DNA of 64,000 nt from Eledone cirrhosa (lineage: Eukaryota): assembly GCA_964016885.1 (NCBI GenBank), contig OZ024753.1, positions 10,912,001 to 10,976,000 on the forward strand. The letters run 5' to 3'. The position numbers and the translations under genes are program-made. Position 1 is the stretch's first letter. The number at the start of each line of letters is the position of its first letter. This document shows positions 40,372 to 54,536 of the stretch, piece by piece. The notes under the pieces are model-generated. The model was not told the DNA's origin. It did not search any database and worked only from the letters and a program-made list of their open reading frames with translations.

Positions 40372-40621
40372 TTCCCTTGCTTTTATCGAGAATCTAATTG
40401 TAATACGTGACGTATTCTATTCTATAGCGATTAGGTCTTCAAAATGTTTATTATAAACATACAGAATATTTTCGAATATTCTATGTCTATATTCACATAT
40501 ATATCGCTATTTCAGAGCATTTATTCCAATATATATATATATATATATATATGTACATATATGTATATATATATCACCAGCCCTACCCATCTGTAAACAA
40601 CATTATATATATATATATATA

Positions 40622-41180
40622 TTGGCAGTATCAGTAGAGGGTTGGACGCCATGCTTTCCACATAGTTACGTCCCTTTACGATCTGAGTTCAAATCCCGCC
40701 GAGGTTAACTTTGCCTTTCATCCTTACGGGGTTGATAAAATAAAGTACCAGTAATGCACTGGGTAATTGCTGGCCTTGTGCCTAAAGTAGAGACAATTAT
40801 ATATATATATATATATATTGGCAGTATCGGTAGAGGGTTGGACGCCATGCTTTCTAGCATAGTTACGTCCCTTTACGGACTGAGTTCAAATCCCGCCGAG
40901 GTTAACTTTGCCTTTCATCCTTACGGGGTCGATAAAATAAAGTACCAGTAATGCACTGGGTAATTGCTGGCCTTGTGCCAAAAGTAGAAACAATTATATA
41001 GGTGGTGGATTGGCAGTATTGGTAGAGGGTCTTTGCACCATAGAGTTATGGACCCTTTTGGTCTGAGTTCAAATCCCGCAGAGGTTAGCTTTGCTTTTCA
41101 TCTATACGGGGTTGATAAAATAAAGTACCAGTAATGTACTGGATAATTGCTGGCCTTGTGCCAAAAGTAGAAACCATTAT
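40622..41180 (+). mobile_element. SINE family A tandem trimer
   Basis: Copies at 40622, 40818 and 41001. Confidence 0.85.
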
Positions 41181-41409
41181 TTATTTATGTTCATTCATGG
41201 AACAAAGCCGCTACTCAAGGTTTCAATGCCAAAATTTGACCGAACCTCCAGAGTACAAAAGACATCAAATTTATGGCCTCTCCCAGACATCGCTTTTGTT
41301 CCGTATATGAAGATAATTAAATAATATAATACATTCCTGCTCTCTTCCCGATTGAACACTGTTTTCATATTCACACCATCAGATATTGCTGCACACACAC
41401 ACATATACA

Positions 41410-41455
<46 letters not shown>

Positions 41456-41761
41456 AAGAGGATGTGGTAAGATACCAGGTGGGCCATAACCCACCAGAAT
41501 ACTCGATACTTGGTGTAGTAGAGTGGGTAATATGAAAAGATTCAGTACCCCTACGGCTGAGCTCCGGCCTTTTAGACAGCTAGATAGACAGATATAATCA
41601 ACAGTTGCTATAATAACGAGATCTAAATCTAACTTGTCTAAGCTTTCCCTTAAAATTACGAACGTCTGATATTGTAGGAGTTATCTTTCGTTTCTTGTTC
41701 GGCTCTAGCTCTCGAAAGGGCCAGAACTCAGCCGTCGGCGGTGGTGACTCACTTTATATAT

Positions 41762-42203
41762 ATAAATAAAATAACAGGAGGCTGGACTGATGTAAATCCT
41801 TGAAAGGTTTATTATACTATGATCATTTCAATGACCGGGTTCCATATGAATCCGGTGATATCATCAGATATAGGAATATAACAAAGGAATATGTAAAAAA
41901 CCCTGGGTCCGAAAAATCAGAGACAGAGACAAAAGAGGGCGACTGACCAACTAGCTGCTTTCACCTCGGCCAGTCGCCCTCAAAGTGAAAGCAGCCGAGG
42001 TGAAAGCAGCTAGTTGGTCAGTCGCCCTCTTTTGTCTCTGTCTCTGATTTTTCGGACCCAGGGATTTTTACATATTCCTTTGTTATATTCCAATACCTGA
42101 TGATATCACCGAATTCATATGGAACCCGGTCATTGAAATGATCATAGTATAATAAACCTTTCAAGGATTTACATCAGTCCAGCCTCCTGTTATTTTATTT
42201 ATA
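41762..42203. mobile_element. Palindromic PLE-like fragment; hammerheads at 41814-41871 (-) and 42093-42150 (+)
   Basis: ATAC-CTGATGA-TATCACCG..CGGTCATT-GAAA-TGATCA-TA-GTAT; ~210-bp inverted arms; related 3' fragment at 4505-4600. Confidence 0.75.
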
Positions 42204-43287
42204 ATTAATTCCGTATTCGCAACACAAACGAAGACGGGTGAACTGCACTACGTTGAGTACTCTCCACAATATTACACCAAGATTGATCATACGGAATGAC
42301 TAATTCTATCCAGTGGTGAACCAATAAACCTAAAGTCCCTTGGACTGAGTGCTCTACCACTACGGATATTACCTTCCAGTGTTCCACCACTATATATATA
42401 TATAAACATGAGAAGAAAGAAGAATACTGCGTGGTTTGCACATGGGTTACATATGATAAAAATAGTCCTTCGTCAGTGATTTTCCAACCATCATTGGTAT
42501 TTCAAAGAGAGAGAGAATCAAAAGTCGTCGCCTATAATCTACTTCTGAATTGTCTAAGCTTTTCCTTAAAATTACGAACGTCTGATATTGTAGGAGTTAT
42601 CTCTCTTGTATCTTGTTTTAAGAATTTAATATCACTAAAAATAAACAGTTTCCAAATATTGCTACTGTGATGGTATAGTCTCTACTACCACCACTACTAC
42701 TACCACTACCACTATTACCACCACTACTACTACTGTTGCTGAAGGTACTATTGCTAATTCTACTGCTGCTATGAGATTCCTAACACTGCTGCTGCTGCTG
42801 TCATATTACTAACACTGCTACTACTACTGCTGCTGCTGTTGCTACTGCTGCTGCTTCTACTGCTGCAGCTGCTGCTATATATTTCTGTCACTGTTACTAA
42901 TGGTGCTGCTAATGCTGCTGATGTTTCTGTGATGCTACTTTTGCTGCTACCACTGCTACTGCTGCTGTTGTCTGTATGTCACAGCTGCTGCTGCTGCTGT
43001 TGCTACTGTCATGGTAATATCACTGCTGATACTATATGATATTAAGCCTCAATGAAGTAAGAGGTGGAGTTGATCCATCCGTCAGGGCTGATCTTGGACT
43101 AAATAACAATAACAACAACAACAGCAACAACAACAACAACAGCAGCATGTGAGAATTGAAGATACCAAATGTCCGAGTGGCCCATACTGCTATGGAATCA
43201 CACCATCAGCCCATCAGAAAACCCTTTAGCATTTAAACCGGCTGTATCCGACCAGAATTCTCTCACCTGTTTCTGTTCAAACCGGCC

Positions 43288-43666
43288 GGTGAATTGGCAG
43301 TATCGGTAGAGGGTTGGACGCCATGCTTTCCAGCATAGTTACGTCCCTTTACGGTCTGAGTTCAAATCCCGTCGAGGTTAACTTTGCCTTTCATCCTTAC
43401 GGGGGTCGATAAAATAAAGTACCAGTAATGTACTGGGTAATTACTGGCCTTGTGCCTAAAGTAGAAACAATTCTTAGGGCGGTGGATTGGCAGTATCGGT
43501 AGAGGGTTGGACGCCATGCTTTCCTGCATAGTTACGTCCCTTTACGGTCTGAGTTCAAATCCCGTCGAGGTTAATTTTGCCTTTCATCCTCACGGGGGTC
43601 GATAAAATAAAGTACCAGTAATGTACTGGGTAATTACTGGCCTTGTGCCTAAAGTAGAAACAATTA
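43288..43666 (+). mobile_element. SINE family A tandem pair
   Basis: Two near-identical copies (43288, 43478). Confidence 0.85.
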
Positions 43667-43725
43667 TTACTACTGCAGTTGAAATAGTGCTGCTTCTACC
43701 ACTAATGCTGTAGTTGATACTACTG

Positions 43726-43926
43726 CCAGACAAATCAGGGATCTGTCATATCACCTATATTCCCAGCAAGGGTTAGACAGGTCTACATAGACCAAGTCAG
43801 TACTGAAGTGGAGTACTGATCTCCCAGACAAGCCAGGGATCTGTCATATCACCTATATTCCCAGCAGGGGTTAGACAGGTCTACATAGACCAAGTCAGTA
43901 CTGAAGTGGGGTACTGATCTCCCAGA
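43726..43926. repeat. 98-bp tandem duplication
   Basis: CCAGACAA..GGGATCTGTCATATCACC.. at 43726 and 43824. Confidence 0.9.
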
Positions 43927-44429
43927 TGAGGCAGGAGGTCAGTAACTCATTTATGTATGGTCTCATGTTCTACCAAGTCCACAGGAGAGGCTGTCATGTC
44001 TTTGAAACAACTGCAGTATCCTTCTAACCCTTTCTTATTTTACAAGCTTTCTATAGCTGGATTCCCCTTCCTATCAACACTCACTTAACACCCGCTGTTA
44101 ACATAGCAAAAAGTGGTGCTGTGGTGAAGACACGGAGTTTAATGGTTAGAATATTCAACTCACAATCGTAAGGACATGACGTGATTGCCAACAGTATGTT
44201 GAACCCTTGAACAAGACACTTACTTCTCATTGCTCTAGTACATCTGTAACTCAAAGAACTGCCCTTGCCATATACTGAGTTTTGAGGAATTTCCTCGAGA
44301 ATTCATTTAAGGGTTGACATGTCTAAGGAATGTAGAGTATTTTACAGGAAGGCTCTGTTCCGTCGACCAAACAACTCGAACACGCGTCGTAGAAACCGAC
44401 GGAGATCCATTATACGCTGCTACTGCTGT

Positions 44430-45187
<758 letters not shown>

Positions 45188-45303
45188 CACCGTATGGCAT
45201 AAATTCAGGCTGTTCAGTTTGTTTACAAACGAACAAAGCGACGTTAGCGCCGCTAAACTGATACGTGCATATATGTATGTGTACCTGTATGCATATGTAT
45301 GTA

Positions 45304-45345
<42 letters not shown>

Positions 45346-45458
45346 CATGCTACTGTACGTCTGTATACATATATGTATGTACGTATACATGCATACTTAC
45401 ATTTAAGTAAGTGCCATACTAAGAGTGAGAAATGAAATTTCGTTTTCATTTTGTTTCA

Positions 45459-45499
<41 letters not shown>

Positions 45500-45709
45500 A
45501 AGTTATATTTAAAATTGTTGGGTTACAACTAGTAAATATTTATAACTGATATAAAAGCACTCGACAAATACTTGGAGTATATTTACAATATTAAATAAAT
45601 GGAAAACTATATTTATAAAACCATATTTATTTCATTATATATATTTCGGGGATATCATATTAACAATATGCTATGCCGAATATATTTATCTATAAAACTG
45701 TTTATATTG

Positions 45710-45775
45710 TATTTTGTCTGATGAAGGCATAGCATATTGTTAATATGATATCCCCGAAATATATATAATGAAATA
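45710..45775 (+). ncRNA. Type I hammerhead in fold-back element 45495-45820
   Basis: TATTTTGT-CTGATGA-AGGCATAGCATATT GTT AATATGATATCCCC-GAAA-TATATA-TA-ATGAAATA. Confidence 0.7.
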
Positions 45776-45899
45776 AATATGGTTTTATAAATATAGTTTT
45801 CCATTTATTTAATATTGTATATATATATATATATATAGAAACTAATCTATAGACAAATTCGAGACACTGTCATATGTACATTTTATAGAGAGCTGAAGT

Positions 45900-48820
45900 T
45901 GGGTAGTGGTGGTCGTGGTGGTGGTGGTGGTAGAGTGGTGGTGGTGGTGGTGGTGGTAGAGTGGTGGTGGTGGTGGTGGTGGTGGTAAAGTGGTGGTGGT
46001 GGTAGTGGTGGTGGTGGTAGTGGTAGAGTGGTGGTGGTAGAGTGGTGGTGGTAGAGTGGTGGTGGTGGTGGTGGTGGTGGTAGAGTGGTGGTGGTGGTAG
46101 AAGTGGTGGTGGTGGGGAGTTGCTGGTGTTGATGGTGCTGTTGAGGAGGTGGTGGTGGTGTTGATGGTGGTGTTGAAGGTGGTGTTGATGGTGGTGTTGA
46201 TGGTTGTGTTGATGGTTGTGTTGATGGTTGTGTTGATGGTTGTGTTGATGGTGGTGTTGATGGTAATACAGGATTTTCTGCATGGTCGTGGTGTTGGTGG
46301 TGATGGTGGTGTTGCTGGTGGTGTTGGTGGTGATGGTAGTGTTGGTGGTGATGGTGGTGTTGGTGGTGATGGTGGTGTTGGTGGTGTTGGTGGTGTTGGT
46401 GGTGTTGGTGGTGTTGGTGGTGTTGGTGGTGGTGTTGGTGGTGATGGTGGTGGTGTTGGTGGTGATGGTGGTGGTGTTGGTGGTGATGGTGGTGGTGTTG
46501 GTGGTGATGGTGGTGGTGTTGGTGGTGATGGTGGTGGTGTTGGTGGTGATGGTGGTGATGGTGGTGTTGGTGGTGATGGTGGTGTTGCTGGTGATGGTGG
46601 TGTTGGTGGTGTTGGTGGTGTTGCTGGTGATGGTGGTGTTGCTGGTGATGGTGGTGTTGGTGGTGTTGGTGGTGATGGTGGTGGTGTTGGTGGTGATGGT
46701 GGTGTTGGTGGTGGTGTTGGTGGTGATGGTGGTGGTGTTGGTGGTGATGGTGGTGGTGTTGGTGGTGATGGTGGTGGTGATGGTGGTGATGGTGGTGGTG
46801 TTGGTGGTGATGGTGGTGGTGTTGGTGGTGATGGTGGTGATGGTGGCGATGGCGGTGGTGTTAGCGGATCGTATGCTGGATATGTGCATGGCGTCGTCGG
46901 TGGTGTGTATGGTGGTAATACAGGATTTTCACCACCTCAACCAATTAACACCACCAACACCACCACCACCATCACTACCAACACCATTATCACCACCACC
47001 CCAACCAATTAACACCACCACCAACACCACCATCACTACCATCACTACCAACACCATCATCACCACCACCCCAACCAATTACCACCACCACCACCACCAT
47101 CACTACCAACACCATCATCACCACCACCCCAACCAATTAACACCACCACCAACACCACCATCACTACCATCACTACCAACACCATCATCACCACCACCCC
47201 AACCAATTACCACCACCACCACCATCACTACCAACACCATCATCACCACCACCCCAACCAATTAACACCACCACCAACACCACCATCACTACCATCACTA
47301 CCAACACCATCATCACCACCACCCCAACCAATTACCACCACCACCATCACTACCACCACCACCACCACCAACAACACCACCATCACCACCACCAACACCA
47401 CCATCACCTCAACCAATTAACACCACCACCGCCACTACCAACACCACCATCACCTCAACCAATTAACACCACCACCACCACCGCCACTACCAACACCACC
47501 ATCACCATCACCTCAACCAATTAACACCACCACAACCACCACCACCACTACCAACACCACCATCACCTCAACCAATTAACACCACCACCACCACTACCAA
47601 CACCACCATCACCATCACCTCAACCAATTAACACCACCACAACCACCACCACCACTACCAACACCACCATCACCTCAACCAATTAACACCACCACCACCA
47701 CTACCAACACCACCATCACCTCAACCAATTAACACCACCACCACCACCACCACCACCAACACCACCACCACCACACCGCCACTATTAATTTCAACTAGTG
47801 CCAGGAGGGATATTTCTAATTATGTCCATTGGTAGTAGTACAAAAGAGTTATAGTAACACCACCCTTCTCCCTCCCCCACACCACCGCCACCACTGACAA
47901 AACCATTAACCTCACCATTAACACCACCAATACAACTATCACCACCCTCATCACTACTACCACAACCACCACCACCATCACCACCACTATCACCACCACC
48001 GCCACCACCACCGCCACCACCACTACTACCACCACTACCGCCACCACCACCACCCCTACCGCCACCACCACTACCATCACCACCACCACTACTACCACCA
48101 CTACCACCACCACCACCAGCACCACTACTACTACCACCACTACCGCCACCACCACTACTACTACCACCACTACCGCTACCATCACCACCACTACTACCGC
48201 CACCACCACCACCCCTACCGCCACCACCACTACCATCACCACCACCACTACTACCACTACTACCACCACTATCACCACCACCAACACCACCACCACTACC
48301 GCCACCACCACTACTACTACCATCACCACCGCTACCATCACCACCACTACTACCACCACTACCGCCACCACCACTACCATCACCACTACTACCACCACCA
48401 CCGCCACCACCACCACCACCACTACTACCACCACTATGTCCACTCAAGTCCACTACAACATGAACATATAGCCAGCATTAACACAATAAACACCACTTGT
48501 ACTAGCACCGTTACTGTATGTCCATTGTTACTACCATTCATATAGGTACTACCGACAACACTATTAACACCACCAACAACACCACCACCAACACCACCAC
48601 CAACACTACTACCACCACCTTCACCACAAACACTATCACCCTCACCAACAACACCATCATACCAACACCACCACCTCCAACACCATCACCATTACAAACA
48701 CCAACACCAACACCATCACCAACACTACCAGCAACACCACCACAAACACTACCACCATCACCAACAAGACCACCACACTACCACTAACAGCACCACCAAC
48801 ACCAACATTACCATCAACAC
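45900..48820. repeat. GGT mosaic switching to CCA mosaic (with CAACCAATTAA units)
   Basis: Strand switch at ~46930. Confidence 0.9.
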
Positions 48821-49019
48821 CAAGTTAAGCCATTGTCTTGCAGTAATAGATGTTATGGTCATGGATGGGACGTATTTGATTACAGGTATATTGGAATAGG
48901 ACCGACCTGGGTTTCAACAAAAGCAGCAACAAAAAGCAATGTGTAAAACTAGAAGCTAACAAGTGGCACCTCTAAGTGATACCCCAGCAAGCTAAAAATA
49001 GCAGCCAAGCCTTCTTTAA

Positions 49020-49545
49020 CCCTTTAGCATTTAAACCGGCTCTATCTGGCAAGAATTTTCTCACCAATTTCTGTTCAAACTGGCCATAACCGGTTGCTAA
49101 TAATTATGTAATTCTATCGTAGATTCGATATTATGTGAGATAAAGCCTTTACTGTGAAAATATAATTGTTTCTACTTTTGGTACAATGCCAGCAATTATC
49201 CCAATGTATTACTGGTACTTTATTTTATCGACCACGTAAGGATGAAAAGCAAAGTTAACCTCGGCGGGATTTGAACTCAGACCATAAATGGACGTAACTA
49301 TGTTGCTGTAAAGCATGGCGTCCGACCCTTACTGTGAAAATATAATAATTGTTTCTACTTTTGGCACAAGGCCAGCAATTATCCCAGTGTATTACTGGTA
49401 CTTTATTTTATCGACCACGTAAGGATGAAAGGCAAAGTTAACCTCGGCGGGATTTGAGTTCGCAAAGGGGCGTAACTATGCTGGAAAGCATGGCGTCGAA
49501 CCCTCTACTGATACTGCCAATTAGAGTAATGTAAATTCTAAAGGG
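49020..49545. mobile_element. piggyBac-type MITE (TTAA TSD) containing two nested minus-strand SINE A copies (49163-49328, 49347-49521)
   Basis: TTAA-CCCTTTAGCAT ... ATTCTAAAGGG-TTAA; left end also present at ~43222. Confidence 0.7.
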
Positions 49546-50856
49546 TTAAACTATGAGACAGTGAGGGATCCACAAATCAGTCACCTAAACTGAAAGAAAT
49601 AGCAGCCAAATCTCCTTCAATTTACATTATTCTATGTAATTTTTTTACTTAAAAAAAAAAAAAATAAGGTAGTGTGTAATTTGAGGAATGGTATTTGACT
49701 ACTATTTTTAATACAACACATTGCGCAACCACATATCGGCTTCCCACGTCGGCTTAATGATGATGATGATGATGGTGGTGATGGTGGTGATGATGGTGTG
49801 CAGAGGTCACGTGGTTTAGGGTGAATAAGGTACAACATCGTAAAGTGAAATACAGAACAATTATGACAGGAAGGATGTATTGTTGGGTGTGGGAGCACTA
49901 CAAAAATGATGTGTGTGTGTGAGTGAGAGTGTGTGTGAGAGTGTGTGTGTGTGAGTGTGTGCGTGTGAATGAAAGTCTAAGTGTGAGTGTATGAGAGAGT
50001 TTGAGTGTATGAGAGTGTGTGTGTATGAGAGTGTGTGTGTGTATGAGAGAGTTTGAGTGTATGAGAGTGTTTGTGTATGAGAGAGTGTGTGTGTGTATGT
50101 ATGTGCATGAGTATGTGTGTGTGTGTATGTATGTGCACGAGTATATGTGTGTATGAGTGTGTGTGTGTGTGTGCATGAGAGTCTGTATGAGAGTGTGTGT
50201 ATGAGAGTGTGTATGCATGTGTATGTGTATGAGTGTGTGTGTGTGTGAGAGAGTGTGTGTGTGTGTGAGTGTGAGTGTGAGTGTGTGAGTGTGAGTGTGA
50301 GTGTGTGTGTGTGAGAGAGTGTGTGTGTGTGTGTGTGTAGGAACCATAGGTCGAGAGATAATTAGATTGATCACAATTTTTTAAAAACAGCAACAACACC
50401 AGCAACAACACCAACAGCAACAAAAACAGCAGCAACAGCAACAACAACAACAACAACAGCAACAGCAGCAACAACAACAACAGTACCAGCAACAAAAACA
50501 ACAACAACAACAGCAGCAGCAGCAGCAGCAGCAGCAATGATGTGTCAACAATAATTTATTTTGAAGTCAGAAAATAAATATGTATTTAGCGCCAACCTTA
50601 AGAAATTCACTTCTGATGTGTTGTTACGAACGCATGCACTCGTTTACACATGCGCGCGTGTACGCACGAAGTCCTATAATCAAGTCTCCCACTTACACTA
50701 AATTTCTTCACACATGCATGAACAAATTCACTGACATATGAAGCAGACATTCCATATGCACACACAATAAAACGTTAACAATAAAAAAAAAGCGGGAAAA
50801 CATGAGTGCGCATACACGTGTCCCAGATATCCCAGAACATATCAATGTATGAATAT

Positions 50857-50914
<58 letters not shown>

Positions 50915-51000
50915 GACACACACACACATATATAGATATACATACACACACATATATAGATAGACATACACACACACACTCACACACATATATATATATA

Positions 51001-51220
51001 TAGTTATGTAATAAACAACATAAGATAATTATTTCATTTACCAGTGGTTTCTTGAAAGCAAACAAAATTTGCTTTCAGTCATCAGAATGAAAAAATCCTG
51101 GTGTATTTATTGAAATACACCAGGATTTTTTCATTCTGATGACTGAAAGCAAATTTTGTTTGCTTTCAAGAAACCACTGGTAAATGAAATAATTATATTA
51201 TGTTGTTTATTATATAACTA
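51001..51220. mobile_element. Near-perfect 220-bp palindrome; hammerheads at 51032-51092 (-) and 51129-51189 (+)
   Basis: TTTCATT-CTGATGA-C-TGAAAGCAAA-TTTTG-TTTGCTTTCA-A-GAAA-CCACTGG-TA-AATGAAA; centre 51109-51112. Confidence 0.85.
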
Positions 51221-51286
51221 ATAAGCTCTGTAGCCTACATAGAGCACTCTCTTTTCCTGGACCTTTCCGACGGAATTACTTCACAC

Positions 51287-51317
<31 letters not shown>

Positions 51318-51340
51318 CACACATAGACACACGTATACAT

Positions 51341-51372
<32 letters not shown>

Positions 51373-51393
51373 GACACAAACACATATATATAG

Positions 51394-51440
<47 letters not shown>

Positions 51441-51445
51441 CATAC

Positions 51446-52057
51446 ATGGTGGCTGCCAACTCGTTTTCGAGTACGGCCACTACTTTATATCCATGTAGGA
51501 GAACCCCTACCGATGCGCTGAACGAGTGTGACTTTTTAGTCCAGCCAGCGACTTGAAAACTCTGGTACAAACACTACACTTGTGACAATTACTGACACAT
51601 AGTGCTGGGCCCATGGTACCATGTGACGACAAGTGCAGAGAGATCTCCAGATATAAAGCAATGCCTGTGCCGTGAAGCTTTTATAGTGAGCAAAGGCACT
51701 GCACAAAGCCAGTCCCACTCTCTTAACCAAGATGATATTTACCAAAAAGAAGAACAAGTCAACATCATTGGATACCATCAGGGTTGCAGGTGTTATATCA
51801 GAGTTTTCCTTCTCCTAGAATTCTGCCTTGACAAAGGCTAAGGGGTCATCTCTCCCGGTGATTTTGGATGGCCATTGACTCTTAAGAGCTCCTTTGCCCT
51901 TTGACAGGTTTTGTTTTTAGTCCTGCAGGATGTCCAAAGTCACCCTCCTCACCAAGAAACCTTGGTGGGGTTGCCAGTTTAGTCGCCAACGACCCGACCA
52001 TGGGACAGGTTGTACCGGGATACATGTTACCAGTAGCACCAACTGGTGACCTGACAT
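51446..52057 (-). mobile_element. Non-autonomous RTE-type element, longest copy (~610 bp)
   Basis: Matches 21303-21744 plus ~170 bp of extra 5' sequence. Confidence 0.7.
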
Positions 52058-52114
52058 AATATACATACATAGACACACATATACATACACACACACATAT
52101 ATATATACATATAT

Positions 52115-52147
<33 letters not shown>

Positions 52148-52618
52148 CATAAGCACACATATGTATACATACACACAGGCATATTTATACATACACACAC
52201 ATATTTATACATACACACACACATATTTATACATACACACACACATATATATACATACACACACACATATATATACATACATACACATATTTATACACAC
52301 GCACACACATATACTGTATATTATATATATATATATATACATACATAGACACTTATATACATACACACACATATATATACATATATGCACACACATATAT
52401 ACATATATACACACATATATATTTATACATACACACAGACATATTTATACATATATACACACATATATATATATATACACACATATATATTTATACATAC
52501 ACACAGACATATTTATACATGCACACATATTTATACATACACACATTTATACACACGCACACACACATATATATAGTTCAAGAATAGACAAGACAAATAG
52601 AGATGCAAAAACACTAAG

Positions 52619-52910
<292 letters not shown>

Positions 52911-53152
52911 ATATATAATATATATATATATGGGATTGTGTGTGTGTGTGTGTGTGTGCGTGTTCCGGGTTCAATCGAAGATAACCACAGTAAGTAAGGT
53001 ACTCAATACATAGCAGAGTATATAATGTTTAATATAGAATGGCTTCTACAGGACTAGAACTTTTTCATTCGCAGGAAATTACCATGATGGTGATTTCCTT
53101 CTAGTCCTGTAGAAGCCATTACTATATTAAATAATATATATATATATATATA

Positions 53153-53186
<34 letters not shown>

Positions 53187-53188
<2 letters not shown>

Positions 53189-53767
53189 CGATATTAACAA
53201 ATGGAAACTATATTTATAAAACCATATTTATTTCATTATACATATTTCAAGGACACCAAGTTAAATTATGGTGTGCTTTCATCATATAAAATATAATATA
53301 GAGCAGTTTTATAAATAAATATTGACATACCCTTAAAGAAAGCAACCATTACTGTTGGAAGCTCCCGGGTAGTGGAGTTATATCTTTAATTATACTATTA
53401 GGTAAGTTAGTATTGGATATTTTTATACTAACTTACCTAATAGTATAATTACTAACTTACCTAATAGTATAATTAAAGATACAACTCCACTATCCAGGAG
53501 CTCCCAACAGTAATGGTTGCATTCTTTAAGGGTATGTCAATATTTATTTATAAAACTGCTCTATATTATATTATATTTTGTCTGATGAAAGCACACCATA
53601 ATTTAACTTGGTGTCCTTGAAATATGTATAATGAAATAAATATGGTTTTATAAATATAGTTTCCATTTGTTAATATCGTATTTTTACTCCAATTATTTGT
53701 TGAGTGCTTTATATCAGTTATAAAAATATTTGCATGTTGTATCCCAACAATTTAAATAGAACTTTTA
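53187..53767. mobile_element. Palindromic PLE-like fragment; intact hammerhead 53574-53638 (+), mirror copy has a C3>A core change
   Basis: Same family as 12447 and 28453 in opposite orientation; left arm reads ATGATGA on the minus strand. Confidence 0.8.
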
Positions 53768-53788
53768 CACACACATATATATATATAT

Positions 53789-54160
53789 AACGAAGGAAAT
53801 GTGGTAAGGAACCAGGTGGACCATAACGCACCAAAGTACTCAATACTTAGGGTAGAAGAGTGGGTAATAGGAACGAGTAAGACCCCGACGGCTGAGCTCA
53901 AGCCGTTTCGACGGCTAATTCTGGACTAAATGAAAATTTTTATCCTGGTATTAAAATAGCCGAGCTTCTCAGGGGGTAATTCCATATATGGTAAAAGTGA
54001 TTGTCACAAGGAAATAATCCTTGTGACAATCACTTTTACCATATATGGAATTACCCCCTGAGAAGCTCGGGTATTCTAATACCAGGATAACAATTTTCAT
54101 TTAGTCCAGAATTAGCCGTCGAAACGGCTTGAGCTCAGCCGTCGGGGTCCTACTCGTTCC

Positions 54161-54163
<3 letters not shown>
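53789..54163. mobile_element. Palindromic element with variant hammerheads at 53882-53977 (-) and 54053-54148 (+)
   Basis: ACCCC-CTGAGAA-56 nt-GAAA-CGGCT TGAGCTC AGCCG-TC-GGGGT. Confidence 0.7.
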
Positions 54164-54220
<57 letters not shown>

Positions 54221-54221
<1 letters not shown>

Positions 54222-54412
54222 ATTTCTACTATAGGCACAAGGCCAGCAATTTTATGGGAGGCGAAAGTTGATTAAATCGACCCCAGTGTGTGACTGGTAC
54301 TTTATTTTATCGACCTCGTAAGGATGAAAGGCAAAGCAAATCCCAGCGGAATTTGAACAAAGAACGTAAAAGGCCGTAACTCTGTGCTACAATGCATGTT
54401 GTTCGACGCTCT
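54221..54412 (-). mobile_element. SINE family A, long form, more diverged
   Basis: Reverse complement of core and B-box. Confidence 0.8.
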
Positions 54413-54505
54413 AGCAGTACTTTCAATCCATGCTGACACACACACACATCTATCTACTCTCTCTCTTTTATATATATATATATACATACATATATATATA
54501 CACAC

Positions 54506-54536
<31 letters not shown>

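Larger units (their letters stand above)
39511..40530 (+). mobile_element. Retrozyme: 310-bp tandem hammerhead repeat (about 2.7 units) preceded by an inverted partial unit, flanked by (TA)n
   Basis: CTGATGA at 39715, 40025 and 40335 (period 310); inverted arm 39511-39702; no coding capacity. Confidence 0.85.

Noticed and set aside
53229-53293. Active hammerhead in the left arm
   Set aside because: Core reads AUGAUGA (C3 lost), so likely inactive
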